Source of the DNA: Octopus bimaculoides
Lineage: Eukaryota
Length of the DNA: 43,042 nt
Direction of reading: 5' to 3'
Assembly: GCF_001194135.2 (NCBI RefSeq)
Contig: NC_068994.1
Coordinates: forward strand, 27,646,032 to 27,689,073
The notes beneath the pieces were generated by a model that did not search any database, was not told the origin of the DNA, and was given only the letters and a program-made list of their open reading frames with translations. Position 1 is the first letter of the stretch; each line of letters starts with the position of its first letter. The position numbers were made by a program, and so were the translations under genes. Shown here piece by piece: positions 1 through 11,132 of the stretch.

Positions 1-4
1 CATT

Positions 5-566
5 GAGTGAGAGAGCAGTACATGCCATCAAAGTGACACTGGGGTAAAATATATGAAGCCCAATATACCCATCATGACTACCCGTCTGATAAGGGTACAC
101 CAGGCACATGCATCACAACCATATGTGCGCGACATGGTGATCTCATATCAAGATAAACAGCGCATGACCTCACAGGTGGGGCCCAGATAGAATTTTCTTC
201 GGGTCAAGTAACTCATCCCACTCAAAAGGTCCCTGAATAAAGGTTGTTTAAGGATGTTGAGCAAAACACCCATGTTTCCAAAGGTGAATTATTCAAACCC
301 CAAAGAATTCCTCTTGACACATGGCTATGATGCTCCCCCACTACTTCTGCTCATGATCAGAGATGCACATATTGTCAGCCACCTAGGGACATGCTCAACT
401 GGTTAAGGTCAAACAACTGACAAGCAAATCTGTGGTATTGAGCAGAATATTTGCTGTAGCCTATCTTTTATACCAAGACAAAACAAAACAAAATGTACAT
501 GATAACACTTCCAATCAATTAAGATCAGAAGCCATGAGAGTCACTGCCTGGTACTGCATCAGGGCA
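5..566 (-). mobile_element. ~555-bp non-coding interspersed element, copy 1 (unclassified, (AAT)n-flanked)
   Basis: Reverse complement aligns end to end with 25821-26376 and 35090-35594. Followed on + by (ATT)n. No ORF, TIR or A/B box seen. Strand is defined by the (AAT)n side and is an assumption. Confidence 0.9.
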
Positions 567-704
<138 letters not shown>

Positions 705-903
705 TTCTAACATGGATCCACAATTTCGGGAGGAAGAGTTAAGTTGATTGAATCATTATTTGACTGGTGCTTTATTTTATTGACTTAAGAAAGATGATGG
801 GTACAGTCAACCTCAGTAGAATTCGAACTCAGAATATAAAGATGGGTGAAATGCCACTAAGCATTTGGTCTAACATGCTAATTGTTCTGCCTGATCACTG
901 CTT
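705..903 (-). mobile_element. tRNA-derived SINE family B (central domain resembles Meta/MESC), degenerate
   Basis: Reverse complement of the family pattern seen at 26786-27003. B-box-like GTTCGAAT at ~821-828. The domain name is from memory. Confidence 0.8.
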
Positions 904-910
904 TTGAATC

Positions 911-1273
911 TCTTTTACTTGTTTCAGTCATTTTGACTGTGGCCATGCTTGAGCACCGCCTTTTAGTCAAGCAAATCGACCTCAGGACATTCTTTGTAAA
1001 CCTAGTACTTATTCTATGGGTCACTTTTGCTGAACCGCTAAGTTACGGGGATGTAAACACACCAGCATCGGTTGTCAAGCGATGTTGGAGGGACAAACAC
1101 AGACACACAAACATATACACACACACTGGGCTTCTTTCAGTTTCCGCCTACCAAATCCACTCACAAGGCTTTGGTCAGCCCGAGGCTATAGTAGGAGACA
1201 CTTGCCCAAGGTGCCATGCAGTAGGACTGAACCCGTAAAGCAAGCTACTTACCACACAGCCACTCCTGCGCCT
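911..1273 (-). mobile_element. tRNA-derived SINE family A (CORE-like; possibly OR1/OR2 type): head, core, (TG)n, tail 1
   Basis: Head AGGCGCAGGAGTGGCTGTGTGGTAAG, core CCTTGGGCAAGTGTC, internal TG repeat at ~1095-1127; tail shared with 23383-23530 and 37525-37710. Confidence 0.85.
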
Positions 1274-1293
1274 AATAATGATGACGATGATGA

Positions 1294-2255
1294 TTTCATT
1301 TAATTGTCACAAGGTTGAAGGATGAGGGGAACAATACAAAGACAGACATAAAGTGTGGGGGTTTATATATAATGAAATGATGAAAAAAGGAAAGAAAGAA
1401 ATTAAGTATATATGGTATACACTGGAAAAGAAGGGACATATGCATAACATACAAAGGTTTTTAAAAAAATGGTGGTGAGGTTGATAGAGATGTGGCCCTC
1501 CTGATACAGGAAGGCCTCTAGGGATAATCAAGAAACCCCAGTGTCTGAGATCTCCCTGAAACCCCAGGAGCAAGTGCCCTCTTCAATTTTCTCTCTCCAA
1601 TTCACAGGTTTACACTTAGAGAGCTATCATCCACTCTTGCCATTTTTGCAACTTTTGTTCACCTTTCGATAAACTCACTTTTGAGAACAACACTTCCCTC
1701 TCCACTCACAATTGAAGAAGTCAATGAGAGCTCTACCAAAGAGGAATGTATCTGTTCTCATGCCTTTCAGCCTTGTCCACCAAACAACCTCTTTCGCCAC
1801 AGCCACCAGGCAAAGGAAAACTGCTTTGCCTGCCCTATTGAAGGATGTCGGTGGTGCAATCATCACTACAGACTCAGCCAACAGACAAATCCGTCCCACA
1901 TATGACAGCAGCATTTCGACATAAGCCCACAAGTCAGCAATGCTTGGACACTGAACGAGGGCATGCAGAATGGTTTCATCACTCTGCGCACACCTCGGAC
2001 AAGCCCATCTGACAGCACATCTATACCTGTAGAGTTTATCTCAAACCGGTAGCACCCCGCTATAGCACTGCCAGGCAAGGACATCTGGAAATTATCCATA
2101 ATAGTTCCTGATCGGAAAGTTCTCTGGAACAGACTAGCCAATTCATTCTTGTCAGCACCCAGAGTCACCCCAAAATCATCATCACACTTCCTTGCCTCTA
2201 ATTCTCTATAAATTTCTAAAACAGAACATCCACCATTCCCATTGCCCAACTGTTA
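1294..2255 (-). mobile_element. L1-Tx1-clade LINE, 5'-truncated 3' fragment (ORF2 C-terminus plus 3' UTR)
   Basis: Minus-strand translation gives ACPRCAQSDETILHALVQC (CCHC knuckle of L1/Tx1 ORF2), then LWAYVEMLLS...VAVAKEVVWW. Homologous to 5862-6620. Confidence 0.8.
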
Positions 2256-2259
2256 GAAC

Positions 2260-2443
2260 AATTGTTTCTAACATAGGCACAAGGCTTGAAATTTTGGGGA
2301 CGGAAAAGAATTGATTGTACTGTAATTTTATCAACCTCAAATGAATAAAAGGCAAAGTTGACCTCAGCAGCACTTGAACTTAGAGTATAAAGAGACAAAA
2401 TAAATATCACAAAGCATTTTGTCCTTTGCTGTAACAGTTATGG
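2260..2443 (-). mobile_element. SINE family B copy interrupted by the hAT element (head resumes at 5439-5465)
   Basis: Family B tail, core and most of the head lie left of the TSD; the remainder continues to the right of the hAT. Confidence 0.7.
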
Positions 2444-5438
2444 CAGGCATGGGCAACCTTTTTCCATGTGCGGGCCGGATTAAGTTTTCTCACCAAAGTT
2501 ACGGGCCAGAGCCCTAATTATAGACTTACAAAATATGTATACAAGTGCTTACACAAGTATTTGCTTTATAATATAAAAAGGATATTAAAATTCGGGTAAG
2601 AACAAAACAATTTATTAATATAAAACAAATATAATTGAATCAGTAAAATAATTTATTCATTCTCAGAGGGAGAAAATAGCCATGAAACATTATTCTAATG
2701 GAATAGTTGGGGTTGATGTTTCTTCACCAGCATCTCGATGTTTGAAGAAATGCTAGAGGTGGCTACTCTCAAGTTATTTTCAAGATGATTATCAGTTATT
2801 CTTGATCTTGCTTTGGATTTAGTAGATTTCATTTTTGAGAATAGCTGTTCATATTTATATGTGCTCCCAAAGAGTGACATTTTCTTTCTAGAAAAATCCA
2901 CGATCAAGGGGAAATTTTCTCTTGGTAGGCTTTTATAAAACTCTATTAGTGAATGACCTCTCATTTCCCGTTTTAAATCTTCATTCCCTTGGAATTCAAT
3001 TAATTCTATCTGTAATTCCTTGGGACCCTGGTTAATATTGATATCAAAAGGTGAAGAAAATATATGTAAATTTGTTTCTTGTGATCTGAAATTTTAAAAT
3101 TTATTATTGAATTTTTTGTTGATCAATTTTACCTCATCTGCATAAGAAGTACAATCGATTTTGCCATGAATTGCCGATGTTGGTAAATGGAATGTATTAC
3201 AATTCCTGAGCTGTCGTTCTCATAGTTGCATTTTGTTTTGAAATGTTTTGATATGACTGTACGACTGATGAATGAATTGGCCTTCTCCTTGCAATTTCAA
3301 ATTAAGGTCATTAAGATATGAAACAAAGTCAGCAAGAAAAGCAAGACCACATATCCAGCCATCATCACTCAATTCAGGCATAGACTTTCCTTTCATTTCT
3401 ATGAATGTAAACATTTCACTCCTCAGATCATAAAATCATTTCAACATTTTTCCTTTGTTCAACCATTCCATCTCACAATAGAGAACCAAATCTCCAAACT
3501 CTGCCTCGATATCCTCAAGAAATTCTTTAAACTGGTGGTAGTTCAAAGCTCGAGATTTTATAAAATTTATACTCAAAACAACCTTGGACATGACATGTTC
3601 AAATTTGAGTGACTTGGCACACAAATTCTCCTGGTGAATTATGCAATGAATAATGGATAAATCTTTTTGTGTCTATATTTACAGAAGCCAATTCCAATCT
3701 GGTTTTAGAAACTAAGCCTGCTTTACTACCAGCCATAGCAGGAGCACCATCTGTTGATAAAGCATGAAGGTTTTTGAAATGTAGATTAAATCTGGCCATT
3801 AACATTTTCAATTCTTGAAAAATATCTTCCCCAGTGGTGGTGTCTTTTATTCTCAAAGGCCAAGCATTTCTTCTGTGATATTTAAATCTTCATCAATTCC
3901 ACGTTGGGCTGTATTTGACATGCAAGTTGGGCTGTATTTGACACNNNNNNNNNNTGGTTTTAGAAACTAAGCCTGCTTTACTACCAGCCATAGCAGGAGC
4001 ACCATCTGTTGATAAAGCATGAAGGTTTTTGAAATGTAGATTAAATCTGGCCATTAACATTTTCAATTCTTGAAAAATATCTTCCCCAGTGGTGGTGTCT
4101 TTTATTCTCAAAGGCCAAGCATTTCTTCTGTGATATTTAAATCTTCATCAATTCCACGTTGGGCTGTATTTGACATGCAAGTTGGGCTGTATTTGACACA
4201 TCAGTGCTCTCATCAATAGCTAAGGAAAAATATTTAAAATGCAAAGAAAGTCTTTTCAAGCCTAATTCTACATTAGTTGCCAAGTTCGTCAATCCGTCTT
4301 ATTACAGTTCTATGAGACAAACTAATATTATCAATTTCTTTTTTTTACCTGAACAAAAAATTTCAGTTAATGCTTGTAGGCATTCTTTTACAAATTCACC
4401 ATCGGAATAATTTTTCAAATGTTTTGCAATTTTCTCGCTAATGATATAACTAGCATGAATAATTTTCGGTATCTTCATGTCTCTTGACAAAAAATGTCTA
4501 CCGCTCTTTCAACTCTTTTATTAAATTTTCAACTTCTTGTTTCCTACGTTGACCTTGAAAACTTTCATAATGAGATGAGAGTTTGGAGAAGTAATGTCTT
4601 TCCACATTATATTCTTTAATGACAGAAACTGATTCTGAGCAGAGTAAACACACTGGTTTGTCTTTGATTTGTATGAAAAAATAATCATTGACCCACTTTT
4701 CTTGGAACACTTGGAATTCGTTATCCACTTTTCTCTTTTTCGATGACGACATTTTAGGGTTGGATAATTCGATGGAAAAAATATAGATAGTAGCGATAAA
4801 TAATGGAGCATATGTTGGAATGTGAAATATAAAGTTTATATAAGGAAAATACATAATTGATCAAAAGAATGGGAATGAAGCGGTATGTTGTGTATGGCTG
4901 ATATTCTCGATAGTTAGTTGTTTGGATAAATGCATTTGAGTTGAGTTATTTCTGGCCTTTGCATATTAGCCTTCAAATATTAGCAATAGGCTTGGAATCT
5001 CTTGAGTTAGTAGTTTGGTCGTTCACTAAACTGGCTTTTGGTTTTGAGAGAATTTGAGTGAGTGCGTGAATGACATGTTGATCATTCGCTAGTGTCGAGA
5101 AGAGATAACCTTACGGATTGAAAGTTAGCTACTCACTGATTAGTAGGGCCTACGATTAGTTTCATTTTATTACTGATGCTTCCTGTCTCTTTTTTGGGGA
5201 AATATGAGTTTCACTTTCTCTATCTCGATTCTACGGATTTAGTCCTTTCACCTTCCCTAGAATTTTTGCTAAAGTGCATTCCATGAACGCTTGTTTTGTT
5301 TTTGTCTATTTACTTTATAAGTCGGCCAGACTAGAAAATTAACCACTTCATGGCCACACTGCTACAGGTCTTGGCAAGCCAGAAAAAAAGGCTTTGCAGT
5401 CCAGATCTGGCCCACTGGCCATAGGTTACCCATGCCTG
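2444..5438 (-). mobile_element. Full-length hAT DNA transposon (SPIN/Charlie/Buster-like)
   Basis: TIRs CAGGCATGGGCAACCT (2444-2459) and AGGTTACCCATGCCTG (5423-5438), 15/16 match. 8-bp TSD AGTTATGG (2436-2443) and AGTTGTGG (5439-5446). Confidence 0.95.
2695..4752 (-). pseudogene. hAT transposase pseudogene (GTF2IRD2/SPIN-like), with frameshifts and stops
   Basis: MSSSKKRKVD...CLLC...RH (BED finger), AIDEST and STDGAPAM (catalytic Asp motifs), WICGLAFLAD...LNDLNLKLQG, SLFGSTYKYEQLFSKMK (dimerisation domain), split across at least 6 ORFs. Confidence 0.9.
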
Positions 5439-5474
5439 AGTTGTGGCAATCCATTGCTTTAATGATGATAATAA

Positions 5475-5847
5475 TGGTTTCCAATTTTGGCAGAAGGCCA
5501 AGAATTATAGTGAAGGGATAAGTCAATACCATCAGCCTGGTACTTTATTTTATCAAACCCAAAAAGGATGAAATGCAAAGTTGACCCTACCTGAATTTGA
5601 ACTCGAAATGTAAACGGCTGGAACAAATGTCACAAGGCATTTTTTCCATTCTTCTAACAACTCTGCAAAACTACCAACCTAATAATAATAATAACAATAA
5701 CAATAATCCTTCCTACTAAATGTAAGCAAGATCAACTTCAGTATTTCATCAACTTCAGTGGCATTTGAACCCAGAACATAAAGATGGATGAAATACTGCT
5801 AAAAACTTTGCCTGGCACAGTAATGATTCTACCAGCTCACCACCTTA
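5475..5847 (-). mobile_element. Two tandem SINE family B copies (5475-5680 and partial ~5750-5847) separated by (AAT)n
   Basis: GGATGAAATGCAAAGTTGAC core, TTTGAAC B-box reverse complements and CCAGCTCACCACCTT head end. Confidence 0.75.
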
Positions 5848-5861
5848 TAATAATAATAATT

Positions 5862-7800
5862 TCTTTATTAACTGAAAAGGGGTTACATTAAAAAACATCG
5901 TGGACAGCACAGGACAAATAGAATGTGGGGTTACATGGAAGTTGTTGTAAACAATGATAAACTATCAATCATAACAACAAAATTCCCCGAATGAGAGAAA
6001 CCTCCTAGGACTGCTCATGGAAACCCCACAAATCCATGACAGTCCTAACTACCAGGGTAAGCTCCCTCTCCACTTTGTCTACAGGTGCATGCTTAGAGTA
6101 GGCTCATTTATTCAGGCCATTCTTGTGACATTCACCCCCCTTTTAACAAAGTTGTTGGGAGGCAGAATTTCCCTCTCCCCCCTCACTTTCTTTTTCAAGT
6201 GAAACTTGGAAAAGTTAATAAAGGCTTGGTCAAAGAGGAAGGTGTCTGTCTTCAGCCCTTTCAGTCTGGTCCGCCACACAACCTCTTTTGCTAAGGCTAT
6301 CAGGCAAAGAAAAACTGCTTGCCCTCCCCAGCCAAAGGAAGGCAGCAAGACTATCTTCACAATGGACTCAGCCAATAGCCAGATCAGTCCCACATGTGAC
6401 AGCAGGTGTTCCGCTCTGTATGCATCTCGGGCAAACCCAACTGACTGCACTTCCATGTCTGTAGAGTTTATCCCAAACAGGCAGTGCCCCACAGTAGCAC
6501 TGCCAGGCCAAAGATTTCTGGAAATTATCTATAGGCCCAAGCCCAATAAACCAACCATTGTTCTCATCGACACCCAGAATCTCCCCAAGAACATCATCAT
6601 GCTTACCCACCTCTAACCCTCTATAAAATACCTGAGTGGAACTTCCACTAACTGCATTGCCTGACTGGCAGAGATGTGTGAGCACCTGATGACACTCTAG
6701 GTGACAGGCACCCTGCCTCAGTCTACATTTGATCTAGGACTGCAGCTCAGTCAAAGAGACGAGCTGTGGGAAATCATGTCTGACAAACAGCAACCACACC
6801 TACTCACCATCTAAGAAACACTGGAGATACTGCAGCCTCAGTGCATGTCTGCAGATCAATAGCCATGGCATACCCAGCCCTCCATTTAGAGGGTATTGAC
6901 AGCAAATAGAGCACCTGACCAGTGGAATGCATCCTTTCCAGAGAAAGCAGAAGAGTAGCTGCTCTGGTTTGGTCAGACTCAAACTGGGACCGGGCACAAC
7001 AGATGTGATGTACGCATTTGCCACCTCTGCCCGACCTTTCAGAGATTACTTTCTCTCAGCCCATTTCTGGGTGTGATTGACCACCCTGCTCGCCAGTTCA
7101 TCTCCACCTGGAGATCCCAGTTCATCTCCACCTGGAGATCTCCCCATTCAATTTAACCGGTCCTTCCATCCAGCATTCCACGGTGCTGTTGGAAGGTGCT
7201 GAGTTGCATGTCCACAGATTTCTCTTGGTTAATTTTTGCTCCTGTCACCACCTTGTATTCTTTTAGAATGGTGCCAACTAAGTTTTTGTGCCTAGTGTTC
7301 GACACTATGATGGTGACATCGTCTGCATATGCTGACATGATTCTCCCACATCCTAGTTCATGTGGTATACTTCTCAATGCCTCCAATTTCTGCAGTAGTG
7401 ACTCTAAAGTCATTACATACTAGAGAGATGAGGGGGGGGGGGCACCATTGATGGACTGAGCGCATGATGCTCTATGGTTCTGATAGGTAACCATTTACCC
7501 AAACTACTAAGCATATTGATAGTCAACCCTATCAAGGCTTTAGATTGATTCAAATTGATCAAAACCTCACCCATGCCAACTTCCTTACTTACCCTGTCTA
7601 TGATGTGTCGCATGAGGTGATGGTTGTCATGGATGGATCTGCTTGGGATGGCATTTGTTTGCGCATCACCAAGTAGTTCCTAGATGACAAGCACCAGTCT
7701 CTTTGCTAGCACCGTGACCAAAATTTTGAAGCCTGTGTTATTGGCAGAAAATTTTCTATTTCATCTCCCTTATTTCGGTCCTTTCTCAGCAGTGCCACTA
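5862..7800 (-). mobile_element. L1-Tx1-clade LINE fragment with degenerate RT and C-terminal knuckle
   Basis: LINLNQSKA (LDQxKAFD-like), SAYADDVTI, GAKINQEKS, CPRCIQ; same 3' ORF2 sequence as 1294-2255; (AAT)n on both sides. Confidence 0.85.
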
Positions 7801-8454
7801 ATAATAATAGTAGCAACAATAATAATTTAACATTTGTGTTTTGTATCTCCCTTGACAGTTATTTATCAGTTGTCTCCTTTTCTTGTTGCCCACAACTATA
7901 ATAAAATGATCTTGTTCATAGTTTTTTCTAACCTATAACTATATTTGAGAATGTACATTCTTTCAGATAGTTTGCCTAATTCAAGATGAGTTACATCTTC
8001 CTATGCTGACTGTATCAACATGTTTCATAAAAGATATGTAGAGTTCCATATTATTGCTGATTAAAAGTATTATAATGTTTAATAAATTTATCACCTCACA
8101 AAAATTAATTTTATACATTAATAATATATTGGAATCTAATATTTATTAGATGGTGAGTAAAAAGATTGAATCGGTCTATTATATTACTGGTACTTATACT
8201 TTGCAAGCATGAAGGCATGAAAAGATAAGTCCATGTCATTCAGATTTGAACTTGAAACAGTGACATGACAAAGTGTTTGCAGTTATAAATCTGTAAGAAC
8301 CATTTACCATTTTAATTGACCACACCACAGTTGCTGAATTTTCACAGAAGCTGTCTTGTAGATATTAGTCTCATACACAGACAAATATCTAAATATGCAC
8401 ACACACATTGAAACTCATTCAAATGTACATACACATACACACACAAACAGTCTC

Positions 8455-8630
8455 TTCCCCTCCCTCTTCCCCTCCCCTTTCTCTCTCCCTCCCTCTCCCC
8501 TTTCTCTCTCCCTCTCCCCTCCCCCTTTCTCTCTCCTTCCCTCTCCCCTCCCCTTTCTCTCTNNNNNNNNNNCCCCTTTCTCTCTCCTTCCACTTTCTCT
8601 CTCTCCCCTCCCCTTCTCCCCCTCTCTCTG
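8455..8630. repeat. Polypyrimidine (CT-rich) mirror-like repeat containing a 10-N gap
   Basis: Reiterated CTCCCTCTCCCCTTTCTCT-like units, read directly. Confidence 0.95.
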
Positions 8631-8989
8631 GCAGGTAAGTATGCCAGCAGACAGACGGACAGATGGGTGAATGGACAGACTAATAAATAACTTTTATAAT
8701 TAAAATAAAATGAGATAAGGGACATAACTCAAATTAACCAAAAGCATCAATTTGGAGAATTTAGTTGTAGGTTGATATATTGAATGACATACAAGAGTAA
8801 ATTCTTAACTGAAAATTTCCTTATTAGCCAAAAGAAAGAATCAAAGACCTAGTGACAATTGCTTGGGCCTTTCAAAGAAAAGGAGAGGTAATTTTTAAAA
8901 ATTAAGATCCATTGTGTGATCTCTGCAAATTCTGAACTGACAAAACATTAGTCATTATTGCCACAGCAAATAGGGGGAAAACTAAAGGT

Positions 8990-9232
8990 GGTGGGGAAAC
9001 ATGATGTATAAACAGTGCTGGTGATATGAGAAAAAGCACCCAGTAGTAAATACTGTAAAGTGGTTGGTGTTATGAAGGTCATCCAACCATAGGTGTTATG
9101 AAGGTCATGCCAAAACACACTGAAGCAGAATGCAGCTGACCCATGAGATCCTGTGAAAGTATTCAACCCGTGTCAGCAGGGAACATGGACATTAAATGAT
9201 TATGGTGGTGGTGGTGGTGGTGATGATGATGC

Positions 9233-9274
<42 letters not shown>

Positions 9275-9310
9275 GGAGGAGGAGGAGGAGGAGGAGGGTT
9301 ATGATGATGA
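8990..9310 (+). mobile_element. RTE-type 3' end relic followed by (GGT)(GAT)n(GAG)n
   Basis: Matches the reverse complement of the RTE 3' UTR at 11133-11280 (GTGGTTGGTGTTA...GGAACATGGACATTAAATGAT). Confidence 0.6.
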
Positions 9311-9727
9311 TGTTGTTTTTGAATGTGCATCTATGAAGATGAGTAGATAGTGACTGTGATAGTCTGCATAATCCACATGAACTTGTTTCCATGATTCCAT
9401 TGAGCATTCCCATGAGTGTAGGGATATTTTTGCCATTGAAGTCATGGGGCACTAACAAGGATAATAGTCATTCATTTTTCTTTCAGTTTTAACATCAATA
9501 TCAGTCACCACACTTAATTTTGGATGACTGCTTTCATTTTGACTGTGCCAGAGTGACACTGGTAAACCTTATCTAAAATTCATTATCTGCAACTCACTTT
9601 GACAAGTATAAAATGGTAAATTTGAGATATCATGTGGAAGATTGAATAACCTCAGTAACTCAACAAACATGCAAACATATGTCAACAGAATCAACCAAGG
9701 AAACATCAAGGTGGTTCAGAAGATATA

Positions 9728-11018
9728 CAAGAGTGTACCCATGTACCCAAAAGTAGCTGGAACTGTTCTCTGTGGGACAAACCCATTGTAGTTCAAGCTT
9801 CTACCACTAGAAGCCACTTGATGCAACCCTCAGGCATCAGTCTGCTGACTGGTGTCATTGTGTGAAGTTGTACTGCCATGTGGTGCATCTTTGTTTTGCA
9901 GTGCTTCTTCCCTGTTTGTCGATTTTTGTGATGGCTGAAAGGAAGGAACAGTGTGCTTCCATGAAATTTTGTTTTCTGCTGGGGAAAACAGCAGTCAAAA
10001 CAGTTGTCATACCTCAAACAGTTTACAAGGACACTGCCATGAGCAAAACACAAGTTTACAAGTGGTTTTCATGCTTTAGGAATGGTCACTTGTTGCTTGA
10101 AAACCAATTTCATTCAGGGTGACAATCAACCTCCCAAACGAATGAAAACATCATGGAAATTCATGAACTGATATTGGAGGACCATCGCTGAACAATTAAC
10201 GAACTTGTTGATATGACTGGTGTGCTCTGGCGCTCCTGCCAACGAATTTTGAGTAAGGAATGAAAAGAGTTGCAGCAAAATGTGTGCCTCATTTGCTCAC
10301 AGAAGGTCAAAAGCAGTCACAGCTGAATGCATGTTGTGAACTGAAAGTACAGTTGGAAATTAATCTGGACCTTTTTTCAAAGGTCATGACTGGTGACAAA
10401 CGCTAGTGCTACGGCTACGACCCAGAAATGAAGCAGTAATCAAGTCAATGGAACTATTTGATGTTAGCATTCCCCAAAAAAGTGCATCAAGTGAAGTTCA
10501 ATGGCAAGATGATGCTAATTTGTTTCATCGATGCAAAAAAAATTGTCCACACAGAATTTGTTCCTCCTGGTCAAACTGTTAAACAGACATTTTACTTGAC
10601 AGTTCTGAAACATATGCAAGATGCGGTGAAACAAAAACGCCCTCACCTGTATCACTCACCTTTGGCAAAGTAGACAGTGGTAGCTTCATCACAACAATGC
10701 ACCTTGAGTGTGAGACAGTTTTTGACCAAAAATGGCATGACCCCCACTTGATCCTTCTTATTCACCCAATCTTGCTCCCTGCAACTCTTTTTTGTTCCCC
10801 TGAATGAAAAAAGTCCTTAAAGTAAAACGTTTTGCAGATGTGGAAGAAGTGAACGAAAAAAAGGCATCACTTCACAAGAGTTCTAGGACTGCTTCAACCA
10901 GTGGAAAATGCATCTGGACCCAATGCATGGAGTTTGAAGGTGGTAAAACTATAAACATGTAAAACTAAGTGAATAAAATAATACTGAAAAATTCCAGCTT
11001 CTATTAGGTACCCCCTCG
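9728..11018 (+). mobile_element. Full-length (~1.3 kb) mariner element with inactivated transposase
   Basis: TA flanks at 9726-27 and 11019-20; degenerate TIRs (left has an 8-bp internal duplication). Motifs EQCASMKFCFLLGK, VYKWFSCF (HTH), VPHLLT, TGDK, HHNNAP, YSPNLAPCN. Confidence 0.92.
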
Positions 11019-11132
11019 TACATATTACACAACCCGGTGTTGGAATATTCACATTCAGTAGAGACAGACAACCCATTGCATCTGCTGAGACTATAGGTGA
11101 ACCAAGTGTGCATTCTATATAACTATGTAATA

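Noticed and set aside
3700-4199. Exact 245-bp direct duplication (3700-3944 and 3955-4199) giving two identical MRIKDTTTGEDIF ORFs
   Set aside because: The copies are identical and separated only by a 10-N gap, the signature of unmerged overlapping contig ends.
2695-4752. Domesticated GTF2IRD2/ZBED-like host gene
   Set aside because: Multiple frameshifts, with TIRs and TSD intact, indicate a dead transposon.
9862-10960. SETMAR-like gene
   Set aside because: No SET domain, stops are present, and the sequence is bounded by TIRs and TA.
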